Source: Lytechinus pictus | Lineage: Eukaryota | Assembly: GCF_037042905.1 (NCBI RefSeq) | Contig: NC_087251.1 | Location: forward strand, 33,296,001 to 33,356,000 | Length of the DNA: 60,000 nt | Direction: 5' to 3' | In this document: piece by piece, positions 1-13,141 of the stretch | How positions within the stretch are numbered: the stretch's first letter is position 1 | How the letters are laid out: each line of letters starts with the position of its first letter | Notes under the pieces: generated by a model | Seen by the model: the letters and a program-made list of their open reading frames with translations, nothing else | Databases searched by the model: none | Told to the model about the DNA's origin: nothing | Made by a program: the position numbers and the translations under genes

Positions 1-139
1 CTTAATTGGATGAGCCTTGCTTATGAATGATTTATCAGAAATATGGGGCAATATAAATGCTGTGGATCATCATCAAAAGATTGAATATTTCCTATTTCTA
101 ACCTTAGATACACAAAACCTGTAGAGGGGCTAAATGAAC

Positions 140-335
140 GGTGACACAACATTTGCTCCTGCGACAAGTGCTGTGGGAATTATTTCATCAAAGAAGTAGG
201 GTTAGGGTTGCAATAGGGTTTTATGTTAGGTTTAGGGTAGGGTATAGTGTTAAATCCCAGGCTGAAGTTAGTCATTTGGTGAATGTGTCGAGTTTATAGT
301 GGAACAATTGTCGCCAGAGCAATTGTCATTGGACC
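140..335 (+). repeat. Interspersed repeat containing tagggttaggg-like motifs
   Basis: Closely similar copy at ~55905-56090 (atagggttttatgttaggttt...agggtagggtata.tgttaaatcc). Degenerate reverse copies near 7370-7520 and 7770-7910. Confidence 0.65.
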
Positions 336-509
336 AAATAAACTACATTTTCCATTAAATGGTACCATTATATAATACCAAACAATTTTTTATCAGAGTT
401 TGATGGAAAGTCTTTGTACAAAATGAAATCGGTTGTAGTTGCAATATATCGAACACTACTATTCACATCATGAATGCGAGTAATTTCATGTTGTATTTTG
501 TCTTTGCAG

Positions 510-615
510 AGAGTGGCGTATGAGTTTCAATATGGAGTCCAGTATGCCTGGATCCTAACAACTTTTACTGTTGTACTGGTATACAGTATAACATGCCCTC
601 TTATTGCCCCATTTG
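510..615 (+). CDS. TMEM63: TMEM63/CSC1-like (OSCA family) channel, internal coding exon (RVAYEFQYGVQYAWILTTFTVVLVYSITCPLIAPF-G)
   Basis: tttgcag acceptor and G|gtaag donor. The peptide matches the TMEM63 YEFQ(F/Y)G..YAW....F.V...YSITCP.I.PFG motif. Phase 0 to phase 1. Confidence 0.95.
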
Positions 616-1215
616 GTAAGTTGTATAACAGATTTCTAATTAAACATAAAATGTCTGCCAGTTCTAGCTGAATTGATGATGAAGTGTTTATGAAAATTAA
701 TAAAATAATTCTATCCCTTTTTGTTTTGCATTTAGCTGAATTGCAATCTGGTCTGATTCAAACTTGTTCGATGATCATTTGGGTACCATTTCACTTTGTT
801 CTATTAAATTTGTTCATGGCTATTATTTCTGAAATTCATTTGGTCAATTAGCCATGTACACCTATTTATCATCTCATTGATTTTCACTATGGCTAATCTC
901 ATTTAGTCCGATACCCACTTAATCCAAGAGGTATTGTCCAATACCTCTTAATCTTAATGAGTGCATGACCTAATAATTGACAACATAGTCATGAGAGGAA
1001 ATAGGTAGTACCAGGTAGGTAGAATTGGCCATTAGAAGATTGTTATCATCAGACAAAATAATAATAATCAGCCCAAGTGATACTAGAACAAATGGCTATT
1101 GACTAAAGTGATAGTACACCAAATTGAAGTTCTCGTAGTGATGTTAGATAATTGTGGTATTATACCTACTGATAACACCCCAAGTGGCTATAAACTGTTT
1201 TATCTGGTATGGTCG

Positions 1216-1517
1216 GGGGTCCTAAAGCTACGCACCACTCCATTGCGCATGCAATTTCAGTGGCAAAATAAATGCGCACTCTAGCTCTGTGTGTGGAACT
1301 GTGACTGCAGAGTGACGAACGATTCCTATTCAATTTTTCTACAGAGGCTGCAATAAATCATTGAATGCAGAGAAAACCAACAAATGTTTGGAATTTTAGA
1401 GTTATATTCACTTTAATTTCATATTTTCCTATAATAATATGGACATATTTTAGAAATTGAGACACAGGAAATACTATTTCTTTGCATGATAAATCGAGTG
1501 CGTAGCTTTAGGACCCC
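1216..1517. mobile_element. MITE with 20-bp terminal inverted repeats
   Basis: ggggtcctaaagctacgcac (1216-1235) and gtgcgtagctttaggacccc (1498-1517). No clear TSD. Confidence 0.8.
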
Positions 1518-2098
1518 TTCTACATTGGGCGGCGAAATCAAGAGGTGTTCGGAAAACACTGCAGGATTTTGGTATTAGTGAGTTTTGTGATATTATCTTC
1601 TTGGTTAAGAATCTTTAGAATATTTATTACAAATTAGTGAAAGATAATTTGTTCAAATATTAAAATTGGCATAGTTTTTATCATAATAACGATATGGAGG
1701 TAATATTTTCAGATTTTTGTAGTTTGCCGTGATTGATCACTTTTAAAACTTATAGGTGAATCATTTATGATGTGAGTTTGAACACATTTACTTGTACATT
1801 TGATTGACATTGATGTATTTTTTTTAAATCAGATTGTTGAATGCTTATTCTTATTTTAAAAATGTGAGAAAATCACACTCCCTTGACTGGGATTTGAACC
1901 TGGGAACCTGGATTGCATGACAAATGATCTATGATTATTTGAAATCCTACCAATTATGATACCATATATCATATCATATTATTATTCTTAAAAGTCTATG
2001 AAATAGCATAAAAAAGATATGACAATAAATGATAAAAGTGCATTTTTGCCAACATTATTACATATCTATGTACTTTTTATGAATATAATTCATTGCAG

Positions 2099-2266
2099 GT
2101 TTGATTTACTTTGTGCTGAAGCATCTAGTGGATAGATATAATATCTATTTTGCCTACATTCCATCAAGAATACATCAAGGTATCCATCAAAGTGCCATTA
2201 ACTTTGTGGTCATTGCTGGGATGCTCTTACAGCTATCCGTGCTCTTCTTTTCTGTTCTTAGACTTG
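2099..2266 (+). CDS. TMEM63: TMEM63/CSC1-like internal coding exon (LIYFVLKHLVDRYNIYFAY...LFFSVLRL-G)
   Basis: ttgcag acceptor, G|gtaagt donor, phase 1-1 and in frame with the previous exon. Contains the conserved LKHLVDRYN.Y motif. Confidence 0.95.
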
Positions 2267-2374
2267 GTAAGTATCCATTGAGTTATGCTAGAAAGTAGGA
2301 TAGAATGTATAAATGGATAGATAGCAATTACCAAATACCAATTTGCTGTACATTGATGATTATCATGAAAGTGA

Positions 2375-2425
2375 TCACGATGATGATGATAGTGGTACGG
2401 TGGTGGTGGCGGTGATGATGATGAC

Positions 2426-2469
<44 letters not shown>

Positions 2470-2600
2470 CGATGATGATGATGATGGTGGTGGTGGTGTG
2501 ACAATGATGATGAAGAAAGATCATCATAATGGTGACAATGATGATAGTTATACGGTTGTGAAGGTGATTATTCTAGTGATACAGTGGGATGATGATGATT
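2375..2600. repeat. (GAT)n/(GGT)n microsatellite
   Basis: Directly visible trinucleotide runs. Confidence 0.95.
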
Positions 2601-3504
2601 GTTTTTATTGCAAATGCTCGTATTATGAATTAGGCAAAAGTTAAATGAATCTAGGCTCTTGTTCTCCTTTAGCTATACAATGCAACAACCACACTCCTAG
2701 CACTCCACAGATAGTATATATCCCCTGAGAAACTAGCGAAAACCTTACCATTGTGGAATCATGCTCATACTTCCCCCTTCCTCCAACCATCTCCATGTGA
2801 CTGGATCTATTTCTAACCGAGACGATAATGTCATGTGCAAATGTTTGAGAACTTTGCATTTAAATGAATGTTCGCATGCACCATGCCCTGCAGTGCTAGT
2901 GAAGTCAATATTTGGCAGACGAAACTGATACGTCGATGGCTATGGCTGGAGGCATGAGAAAAGACAGACACGCTTGTACTAACACTGCCAAGGCATTTGT
3001 ACCATGGGAAATTCAAGCCATTTTCTATTTAGAAATACCTTGCCTTAAGATTTTTTCCGGATCTGGTGTTTGTGAAATGCAACCTTGTTTCTATTTGCCT
3101 TTGATATTTAACATTGCTCTTTGAATTTTACTTCAAACATATGTGGGCATTTTCACCACAGATGGACACAGAGGCAAAAAAAATCAAGTTGATATTCATG
3201 TCAAATGCTTTAAGTTTTTTAATAAAACAAGACCTGAAGTTTCTGAGACAAAATTTTTTTCCGACTCTGGCAGCCATTTTTTATTTCAAAATGGCTGCAA
3301 AAGTATGGATACAAATTAGTGTTGAAAATAGTATATTGATACATATTTTGTTTTGACAGATTTTTAAAGAACAGGTTTGATCATGATGTTTTCGCCTGTG
3401 ATTTAGCTTGCTATTATAACACTTTTTAAAATCCCACAGAAAGAAACACCAGTAATTCATTCATCTGATAAAAAAACATTGATGAAGTATGTGATATCAT
3501 GGTA

Positions 3505-5864
3505 TGTAATGTCAGTTACCGAAAACATGAACTTTTTTTCTAATTTCCTGGAAAAGAGGATATATTATATGAAACTTGGTAGATTTCCTCTCTAGGTAAC
3601 ACTCCTCCTTTCTACACCAAAATTAAAGATTACCAATTAACAATGAAGCCATAGTGTACCATTAAATATATGTAATGTCAGTTACCAAGTGGAAAATGTA
3701 ATGTCAGTTACCGAGATGTAATGTCAGTTACCATGATAAAACGTTGGTTACCAATATTGAAATGCAAATATGTGGTCAATTTTATGGTGAAGAAATATTG
3801 TATACTTGTTATTTAAGTCTTTCACTTTAAAAGTCACACCAGAAGGAGCTTGCTATTGACTTTTAAAAGGTATAGTTCACGAGGAATACTATATGAAATT
3901 ATGAAGGAAGTTGCATTCCCATCGTGCAAAAAAAAATTACTATGAAATTGTTTTGTACATGCACTTACCAAGTACCTAATTGTTTGTATCAGACAATTTT
4001 TTGTTTGGTTTTCGGGGGGGGGGGTAGGGGTACTTTTCCCAACCTTTAAGCTTAACATTGTGATGAAGGGGATTTCCAGGGTCCCTTTTTTAGTTTCTAG
4101 GATTCTTTTGAGCATTGCCTCGCTAAAAGTAAATTCCTGGTTTTTATACCTGTTAGTAGTGTGGATGTGTGATACCATTTTGTTTTTGGTTTACAAGTAT
4201 AGATGAAAAGTGAAATTTGACAGTTCTGATCAATGTTGCATGGATCTACTAAAACTGTGGTGTTTTTTCTAATTTACAAATAGTTCAGTTTCAGGTTAGA
4301 AGCTGGAGTTTATTTTTTGTTGACAGCTTATAAAAGAAATAAGCAAAGAAAATGATTAAACAAATTATGAAGAGAATTGAAATCCGACAGATATGAACAA
4401 GCATTGCTTGCACTGACCAGAATAGAAATCAATAAAACTACATGGCTGCATGAGATTCGGGGGAGGGGTACATGTAGCCTAGGGGAGGAGACCCTTATTC
4501 ATTTTGCCTTTTTTTAGGGGAGGGGGAGGTTTGAGAAGGGAAAGGTTTGAAAAGTCAATATAAAACTGATGAATATATTATGGGTGTATAGTCAGAAAAA
4601 TCCATGTGTACAGTCAATGCAATATTAAATTACTATAGGAAAACATGTAGCTGCTATGACCCCACCCCCCCCCCCCCCCCCCCGAGTAAGTAAAACATAC
4701 ATTTCTTATCTTTTGATAATTAAAAATGTAAAGTATTATGAAACTTTTATGATTTTAAAAAGCCTTACATATAAGTACCAAGAAAATTATGCCTTTGAAA
4801 ATCATATAGCACTGGTAAATGTTAATGTGTATTGTCAGTTACCAACAAGTAATGATAAAAATGTTCAAATCAAAGAAAGGAATTAAGAAAAAAAAAAGTT
4901 TTTTCATTGAAATGTTCCTTAAAACTCGGGTATACTTCCACATCAAGCTCACTTTCATGTGAAGCCCTGCACAGAAGATACAATGCAATGATTCCACACA
5001 TTTGACTTCCATGTGTTATCTCTATGGCAAATTAAGTGTAATGTCAGTTACCCTAATGTCAGTTACCAGCATGGTTGTGGAAAAATTATCATAGTCCCCA
5101 AAAGACAAAAACGAATTGTTTAATATTTTGACACATCTTAACCTAGTAACGGAGGTATATTTACATATTCAAATTATTACTCTATCTACTCAGGGACATG
5201 AGATATTTCAATTTTAATGAACACCCTGAAATTGCATGTCCTTTTGCGTAATGTCAGTTACCGACACATTTTTGCTTGCTGATGCGTAAAAAAATGTGGT
5301 TACATAGGAAAACTTAGTATCAGAGTATACAGCAAGGTTCACTTTATTAACTCTATCAAAAGCAAACTCCCATCATTTGTTGTTTTAAGGCCACCGCACA
5401 CCTTACGACCCGACCAGTCGCCGACTGGCTTGCGACTGGGTGAGGGGAGATGTGACGTCACAACTCTTGTCAGCTTCGAGTCGCAGACCGGTCAGAGACA
5501 AGTCGCAAGGAAAATCGGAAGGATTTGACATGTCGAATCCTTATGACTGGATCGCAAGCTCAATCCAACTTCCAGCCAATCACACAGCAGAGTTGCACGA
5601 TGCGTATTATGATAAACAACGCGCATACGCAGTAGTAAGCGCAATTTCTCAGGTGCTATGCCAAAAAGCAAAAAGCGCATGTGTGAGTCGCAGATCGGAT
5701 CGCAAGGTGTGCGGTGTCGAGGCTTATGACTGCCTTGCGATTCATCTCCTCTCTCTCAGTCGCAAGCCAGTCGCCGACCAGTCGGGTCGTAAGGTGTGCG
5801 GTGGCCTTTAGAGATACACACAATGAAAGGTGTGAAAACATTGTGCCATGTAATGTCAGTTACC
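3505..5864 (+). repeat. Region with 9 dispersed direct copies of TGTAATGTCAGTTACC (probable large non-autonomous transposon remnant)
   Basis: Copies at 3505, 3671, 3697, 3717, 4828 (1 mismatch), 5037, 5054 (partial), 5248 and 5849. Confidence 0.75.
5388..5807. mobile_element. PIF/Harbinger-type MITE, young
   Basis: ~50-bp imperfect TIRs starting aggccaccgcacaccttacgacccgac, TTA target-site duplication on both sides, CpG-rich interior. Confidence 0.9.
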
Positions 5865-6325
5865 GTGAAAATGCCCATGTATGGTATGGTAGCTGAAAGG
5901 AAACAAAATCATAAGGTCCTCTGCATATGCAAGTAACAATTCATGTTTGACACTATGAATTTTGAATATTAGCATGCAAACTATTTTATCCTAGTACTTG
6001 AAAAAATATTGAATAAAATAATTTAAAATAGTTTTCCATCTGATTGGAGTAGATATGAATATTGCCATTTACCCATAAATATTAAGGAGATAAACTTGGT
6101 TGAGGAAGTGATTTTAAAAGAAATAAAATAGTTTTACAGCTTATAGAAAATGTTTTATATTCTTAAGTCTAAATGGGGCAAAGCATGTTTTTTTTGGGGT
6201 TTGCAGAATTCAATATTTTTTATACTTAATGAAATTAAAACCCAAGACACATGGATAGATCCTGGTTCACTCAAGTGTTTGCTCATGTAGCCATGATATC
6301 TGTCAGTCAAGCAAATGTGATAATT

Positions 6326-6529
6326 GGGGGGTGTTTCACAAATAGTGAAGTATGACTTAAAGTCATGCTTATATGTGGACATGCACATGATTTGTAACAC
6401 GCAGTCTTATTTATTAATATGCAGTATGATTTGACCAATAAGGTGATGCCTTTTATCATACTACATGCAAATGGGAAGGAATTTAGGTGCAACTTAAAGT
6501 CACACTGAACTCCTTGTGAAACACCCTCC
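6326..6529. mobile_element. MITE of the ggggggtgtttcacaa family
   Basis: Termini gggtgtttcacaa / ttgtgaaacaccc. A related copy lies at 39232-39487. Confidence 0.65.
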
Positions 6530-7145
6530 TGGTGTAATAAAGCCCAGAAAATAAGCTAAAGCAACATGTTTGTGTTTAACCGCCCTTTCACACGGTAAAA
6601 AAAATCCTAATTTGAATGATGATTCCAGTGAAAAATAAGGCTAATGACGAATTTTAAACACATGTGAAACCAAACTAGAACATGATTAAAATCACGAACA
6701 CCTGCAATCATCATTACAATGATGATTCAAGATTCACATATGAAAAGGTCCTAAGTGAATAGGATATAAAGTATAAATGCTGTTGAAGCAAGAACCATGT
6801 GGAACCATCACATTCTTCTAAAAAGTTATGCAAACACTTTGTCGAGAGTTCTGCTGACAAACCTATTACATTATTTTCTCTGACTCATGACATCAGAATG
6901 AAATCATGTTGACATTATATAAGATTGGCCATCATCATAGTGAAAACATTTTGATGTGTGATTTTATTTGTCTTTCAACTTTGTTCAAGACTTGGAAGTG
7001 TATAATGCATTTTAACAGCATAAGTAGAATGATTTCTCATTTCATATCTGGAGGATGTTGAACTTTATTGAAGAATTTGACTGATGTCTTGCTGATCCTT
7101 TATTAATCTCATTGTTTATATTCATGTCTCTTTTCTTACTTACAG

Positions 7146-7312
7146 GTTCAGTGGATCCTCGATCTATCCTATTATTTGTATTCCTAGTCTTGACCATAGG
7201 ACTGTACATCGCCAAGGTTTGTTTCAACATCTGGATGGGTTACGTACCTCCAGCTTACGATGAATTCAGCAACGAGGAAGAACCGGTTCAAGAGAAAGAG
7301 GTTGAACACAAG
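7146..7312 (+). CDS. TMEM63: TMEM63/CSC1-like exon encoding the last TM helix and start of the cytoplasmic tail (SVDPRSILLFVFLVLTIGLYIAKVCF...EVEHK)
   Basis: Polypyrimidine tract + tacag acceptor, AAG|gtaaga donor, phase 1 to 0. Hydrophobic helix followed by an acidic tail. Confidence 0.9.
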
Positions 7313-8939
7313 GTAAGATAGACCAATTTTTTATTTTCTCTGTTCGGTAGCAAAATTATGTTTCTGAGACGTTCGCTCCTGTTTCATTTGCTCCAGGGAA
7401 ATATCCACACATTAGGCAAGTATAAATTCTAGTATATAATCTCTAATCCTATTCCTGACATCATTCTGATTTATTACAACCCTAATCCTAACTCTATATC
7501 TTGAGAGAAATTTAATAGCAAAAGTAAGGTTCCTTAATATTTGCTTCTTTTGCAATTTCTCCTATGAAAAATCCACACATTAGGGGCAATTCTATAAAAT
7601 ATGTACTTTCAACCCCACGTATGTGAGGCCTTCATGAAATTTTCTGTCTCTGATTTCTGGTTCTTATGATAGTCTGTAATGCTCTCAGATGATCATGACT
7701 TGGTCAGTTTATTAAAACTGGAGAAAAATGGGGGTCGGATCTACAAAAAGGTTGACTATATTTACGGAATAGCCCCTAGGCAAACATAATCTAGTCTTAA
7801 TGCCAACCCAAACCCTTATCCTACTCCTCACATCATTCTGATTCAAACTCCTATTACAATCCTAATGTAATCCTATATCTATTAGAATTTAGTGGAGGAG
7901 CAATAGTTGTAGGATCAACCACAGTTTAAATACTGATATTTTTTTTTTTTTTTAATGTGCTCTCCTGGGGCCCATAGCATATAACTTTTGCCGTAAAAAA
8001 CAAAAACTCTGGCAAATAAAATTATGCCATTGAAACTTATACATTAAAAAACTCAGGCCAAAAAATTGTCAGAGTTTTTATGGCAAAAGTTTTATGCAAC
8101 CGATCCCTTGTAGGCAATTTTTAATTCATGTGCATTAATCCTGTTGTGAAGAGACATGCCAGGCAAGGCATCATACATGAAGTATTACATTTGTGACTGT
8201 TTAACTTACAGATACATTTTACCCTTTCAAAGAAATTTTTTTTTCTTTACTTCCTTTTGCTATCACAGAGCACAGTTTTCTCTTATTGAAATCATGCTTG
8301 TTCTATATATTTCATGTTGTTTTCTGTGTATTGATTTATACATATTTTATTTTTCTGTTTCTTCTCCTGGGAAGGCTGAGTGTTTCAGTAAATAAGAATT
8401 TATCAAACAAACACTGGAGGAAAAAGGAGTATGAAAGAAACCATAAACATATATTTGTCTATTAGATTGCTAAGTATCTATATGCCTGTTTGCATTCCAA
8501 TGTTTTTATTATAATTTTTGTTGCGATAAACTTTCGCTATAATCAGAGACTTATGCTCACTTTGAACTAATATTTTATAATCTAATTCGGCCTTCAACAG
8601 TACTGAGTTAAGAGAGAAATTCAATGCAAGAGTAAACATTTTTTTTATAAATACTGTACGAGTTTTATGTCCTTTTATCTCCCAGACATGAATTGTATCT
8701 TATTGTACTCACAGTAATTTCTTAGCACAAGTTGAAAAGTTTGTAGATGAATAATAGAATCTTCAGCTATGAAGTAAAGAAAAAGCAGACACTAGTAATT
8801 AGGTAAAAGAAACAAGTTATTTTTTTTGTCTATATATATGTTAATCTTATATTTTGTTGTTATTTTCCATTAAGTCAGTAATTTCAAAAATGAAGAAAAG
8901 TGAAAAGGTGTAGGCCTTCATGTATGCCTTTTAATTTAA

Positions 8940-10400
8940 GGGACAGACTTATGTCATGTTTTACGACTTTTTAATCTGTAGCATCTTGTAATTATAGAGG
9001 AGAAAATTGTCATAGTGTAAGATCAAGATATTAGAATATTAAAATCTTGTCCAAAGTTATATCAAGAACTCTCAGATGGTAACGTCTTAAATGAATTTCT
9101 TGACTTGTAATCCATTTGTTTGGGAACAGTACCTTCATCCGTCTTACTCATTTGGTAACGATGATGACTTATCTCATCTCGACAAGGTAGGAATCACAAA
9201 ACAATTTTACTAGATGTTGGTTGGAGTGGTCATAACCAGTGTTGGTTTGCCAGGATTACTAAATAAACTGGTTGATTTACTAACCTTAATATATTAACTA
9301 ATATTAACCATGGGTTTGGGGGACTACAAGTTAAAGGCATATGACGTTTGGAAATATAGCTCCTGGACCCTATTGAATAAAAATTACCATTATGGTAAAA
9401 TTGCCATGCAATTGTAACTGGAATCTTTGACAGGTTTTAGATGCAGTGGTGCTCCAAAGTTAGTGATTCCCACCAGAAAATGAACATATTTGAAGTGTTC
9501 AAGTTCTGCCATGTTTTAGTTTTAGTCGGGTGAGGAATATTACATTCAATAAAGTTTTTTTCTTTGGGCTCGCCGAACATTGTAGACAGTGATGTTGTCT
9601 TCATACAGCATGTAGGAGTGCCTTTTGTGGTTGGGTTCATTAATTTTTGTGCACAACTTTATGTCAAGTTCATATATTAATCTTCATATATGTATAATGA
9701 CCTTAGTTTATGGGATTGCATATCACCCAGCTTAAAGCCCAAGGTGGTTTGAAATCATAGTTATTTGCAGATTTTATACATAGATTTTGCTTAATTCAGC
9801 GTGTATATTAAGAGAACGTCCGATAATGAACATTCTCTTTTGCCAGAGGGTACTATATTTATGCTTGTTACCAGGGTCACTGTATTAATGAGCCAACTCT
9901 TGTATATTTTAATTAACATGAAGAGTTGACTCGTTAATTAAAAATAGTGGGCTCATTTATGCTGTAACCTAAGTAACAATTGTCAATTTAGCACACTGAT
10001 AAATGCACACATTCAATATTCAAGGGCGTTTCCTGAATATACATGTACACCCTGAATTAAAACTAATCAGTGCATGAAATTTGCACAAACCATGATTTCA
10101 AACAACGGATATAAAACCACTGTGAATTCAGGCCTATGAGTTGCAAGATAGTCTTTCCTGTAACAAAATAATGTGAAAAGATGTTCAGGCTTCAAAAGTC
10201 AAATTTTCGAAAATCAAATGATCTGAACGATTATCTTACCAATTATCAAAATATGAAGTCATGAAATTCAATTAGAAATAATTTCCTGAAGAGCAATGTT
10301 TCGGAGTGCTGAGAGGTGCAAAAGTTTCAATCGTGCGCAATGTATCTCATGCTTGACTGAACCTCAATATACTTAATCTGAATTTCTTTTAGTCTGTCCC
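8940..10400. mobile_element. Possible Kolobok-like non-autonomous DNA transposon
   Basis: TTAA|GGGACAGACT ... AGTCTGTCCC|TTAT (13-bp inverted match including flank). Contains a decayed palindrome at ~9740-10110. Confidence 0.45.
9130..9186 (+). CDS. Candidate 57-nt cassette exon of TMEM63 (YLHPSYSFGNDDDLSHLDK)
   Basis: aacag acceptor with a weak pyrimidine tract, AAG|gtagga donor, phase 0-0, open frame. Confidence 0.4.
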
Positions 10401-13141
10401 TTATACTCTTTACCATTGAATCATGAAGTTCTCTTGAACTACGTGACAAGTTATATACCATTTTAAAGCTTAGGATATGTTTTTACTTATTATTATAGGA
10501 ACGATCCAAAATGCTTTGCAAACACTCAATCAAGGAAAGTGATCGAGATATGCAGCGTAAAGTAGTTGCCAATGACTTGTGTACAGAAGGTCCATCTCAG
10601 CAGTTTTATTTGTGTTAGTGATAAAAGATTTACTAAGACTCTGTGCCTGTAGTCTAGTCTTGAGCTGGGTGGTGATGTATGGTACTAATTAATGATTCAT
10701 ATGTCTGTGTAATATTTAACCAACTGTTATTTATTTTCATCTTCAAGTGGTATTTTTAGTTGTATTTTCATGCACAATGAAGTGAACGATTAAAAAGCTG
10801 TTTATCATTGAAATGTGAAGCACAGAGGAATGGCATAAGGAAACTCAGTGCTTTTTTGTGACAAACTTGAATTAGCTCACAATTGTCTTCAAATTAATCG
10901 TGATAAAGTGGATTTGCCTTTCCAATGATATGAATTTTATAATTACCTTCATAGGGTTCATTTCATCCTTGGCACAGGCATCAGCCCTCATGGCCATATG
11001 ATCTAATTTGGGCAATACAGATCTCTTTTGAGGCCAATCCATATTATCCAATTAATAATATTTAGTGGTGTGATGAAGGTCATGTGAGCAACATTATGCT
11101 ATGTAATGAGTTTTATGGTCAAGCTAATAAATTATGTGATGTGTGATGGTGGTGTTCAAGCTAGTATGGATAACATATACATGTCTGTAACTGACAGTCT
11201 CAGTTTAAGTAGAGGTATTTTTACATAACTAACGTTCTGTGTTATTTCATTCACTGTCCATTTATTATTATTATTATACAATTAACTTAAAAATGAAATT
11301 AGACTTCTTGAATAAGATGAAGTCTTAAGTACCTTCGGGTTTTTTTTGTTCTTACTAACTAAATTACACATTTCAGTCTTGGTTGTAAGGTTTCAATCAG
11401 CATGTGTCACATACTAAAAGATGGAATATCTAAAAAGTGAAAAATATAGATGTATATTTTCATTAGGTATTTTTTTATATTTATATTTCTCTATTTATTT
11501 TCATTTATTTATTGATTTACTTATTTATGTATTTATTCATTTGCTTATTATTTTTTCTTTATTTATTCAATATTTATTTTCTATCTGTTTATTCATTTAT
11601 CATTATTATTAATACATTTTTTAATTCTTAAATTGTTTTGGGTGTTTAGGAGATTCATCTGCATCCTCCAAGCTTTATTTGACACTTTACTTTATAATAA
11701 TGATCAATGGAATATGTGTGCGTCATTGTATATGTACATGTAGTACACATGAAAGTGCATGCATGAGCAGAAGAGCAGTTTGATATCTGAGCAGCGCCAT
11801 CTGAAGTTTAAAATTTGCCAGTCTGTTTGTGTGGGCACTTCAATTCATTAAAATAATAGTCTGTGTTTCTAATTTAAGTGTTTTGTTGGACAGGTTTATA
11901 ATGTCTAAGGATTAAATACTTTGATGAAATATACATTACAGTAGGGTTCACATTCAACATGCATGACTAAGTCTTGAGATGATAAAAGACCTAATAATAA
12001 TAATCAAGGCAATTGGAATGTTGAACCACAATTATCAATGACCTACATGTACAAGGGTTCACAGGAGAGAGAGAGAAAAAAAATATTGCGTTTCATACAC
12101 AGTTATGTGGAAGACACTTTTTTCATGTGAGAATTTGACTAACATCATACATTCTGTACATAATTTTCATAGACAAAAGATATAGAGGGAAAGTACAGAA
12201 TATATTAGATAGAGGTAACCTTGGCAGAAAGTCCGTGCTTTAAAATGTCTGACCTCCAATTCTCATTAGAGTCTGAGTGTATTTCAATTGGAGACAATCA
12301 GCTAATTTACATCCTAACAACGTGGCATGAGCACCTCGTAATGAAACTTGACATCAGCGTGGTGGTGGTCTGATGCATGTTTGTCACATAGCTTAAATTA
12401 ACCATGGACCGTTTTCCGCTCCTTATTCGTCGCTATTTTTGTCGAAAGAGGGGCCGTGTGTTCAGGACAACATAATGCAACCATTTTAGCATAGATTAAA
12501 GGAGGATGTATTATGGTGGAAAAGACATGGTGTTTCTCATTACCGGGGGGGGGGGGGGGGAGGGATTGTTGCCACCCCCTCCCCAATGGAATCATTTCAT
12601 CAAAGATTAAAGATGGATATATTATATATATATATGTGGAGTAGACCAAGTCCTCATTACCAAGGGTGGGAGAAGGATTGCCCCCGCCCCCACCTCCATG
12701 CCTAGATAAAATGTATTATGTACTTCAAATATTGATTACCAGTATGCAATAAAACCCAAATTAGAATGCTTCTTTTTGTTGCTAAAACTAATGTTTGCTG
12801 GGTGACTTTAATCAATTTTATATTTTAGCATAGATTAATATTTCATGCTTTCATGTTGAAATCATCATGAGTCATTCAGTTCTCATTTCTACAATTTAGT
12901 TGCCAATTTGAGGCTGCTCACTGGCAGGGTATCCCTCTCCCCAAGCCATATATGCTGAATGATTCATTTCCCTGTGTCACCCAGTCTACATGAATCTTGG
13001 TACACATTAGGTTGTATTTCATTATTTCACAGTAGAATGATATTGATTTCAGGCTGTTGCACATGATGCTCCTAAATGAATTTGTATTTGTTTTTTAATT
13101 AGATCCCAATCTTATATAGACCATTCATTTGAATATTTTGC

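Noticed and set aside
197..245. Interstitial telomere
   Set aside because: Only a couple of degenerate TTAGGG units, which are part of an interspersed repeat also seen at ~55950.
5440..5811. 123-aa ORF as a transposase
   Set aside because: Lies within a 420-bp MITE and has no DDE or Myb-like motifs.
3505..5864. Repeated 16-mer as a CRISPR-like array
   Set aside because: Spacers range from 1 to over 1000 bp, the repeat is too short, there are no cas genes and the context is a eukaryotic intron.
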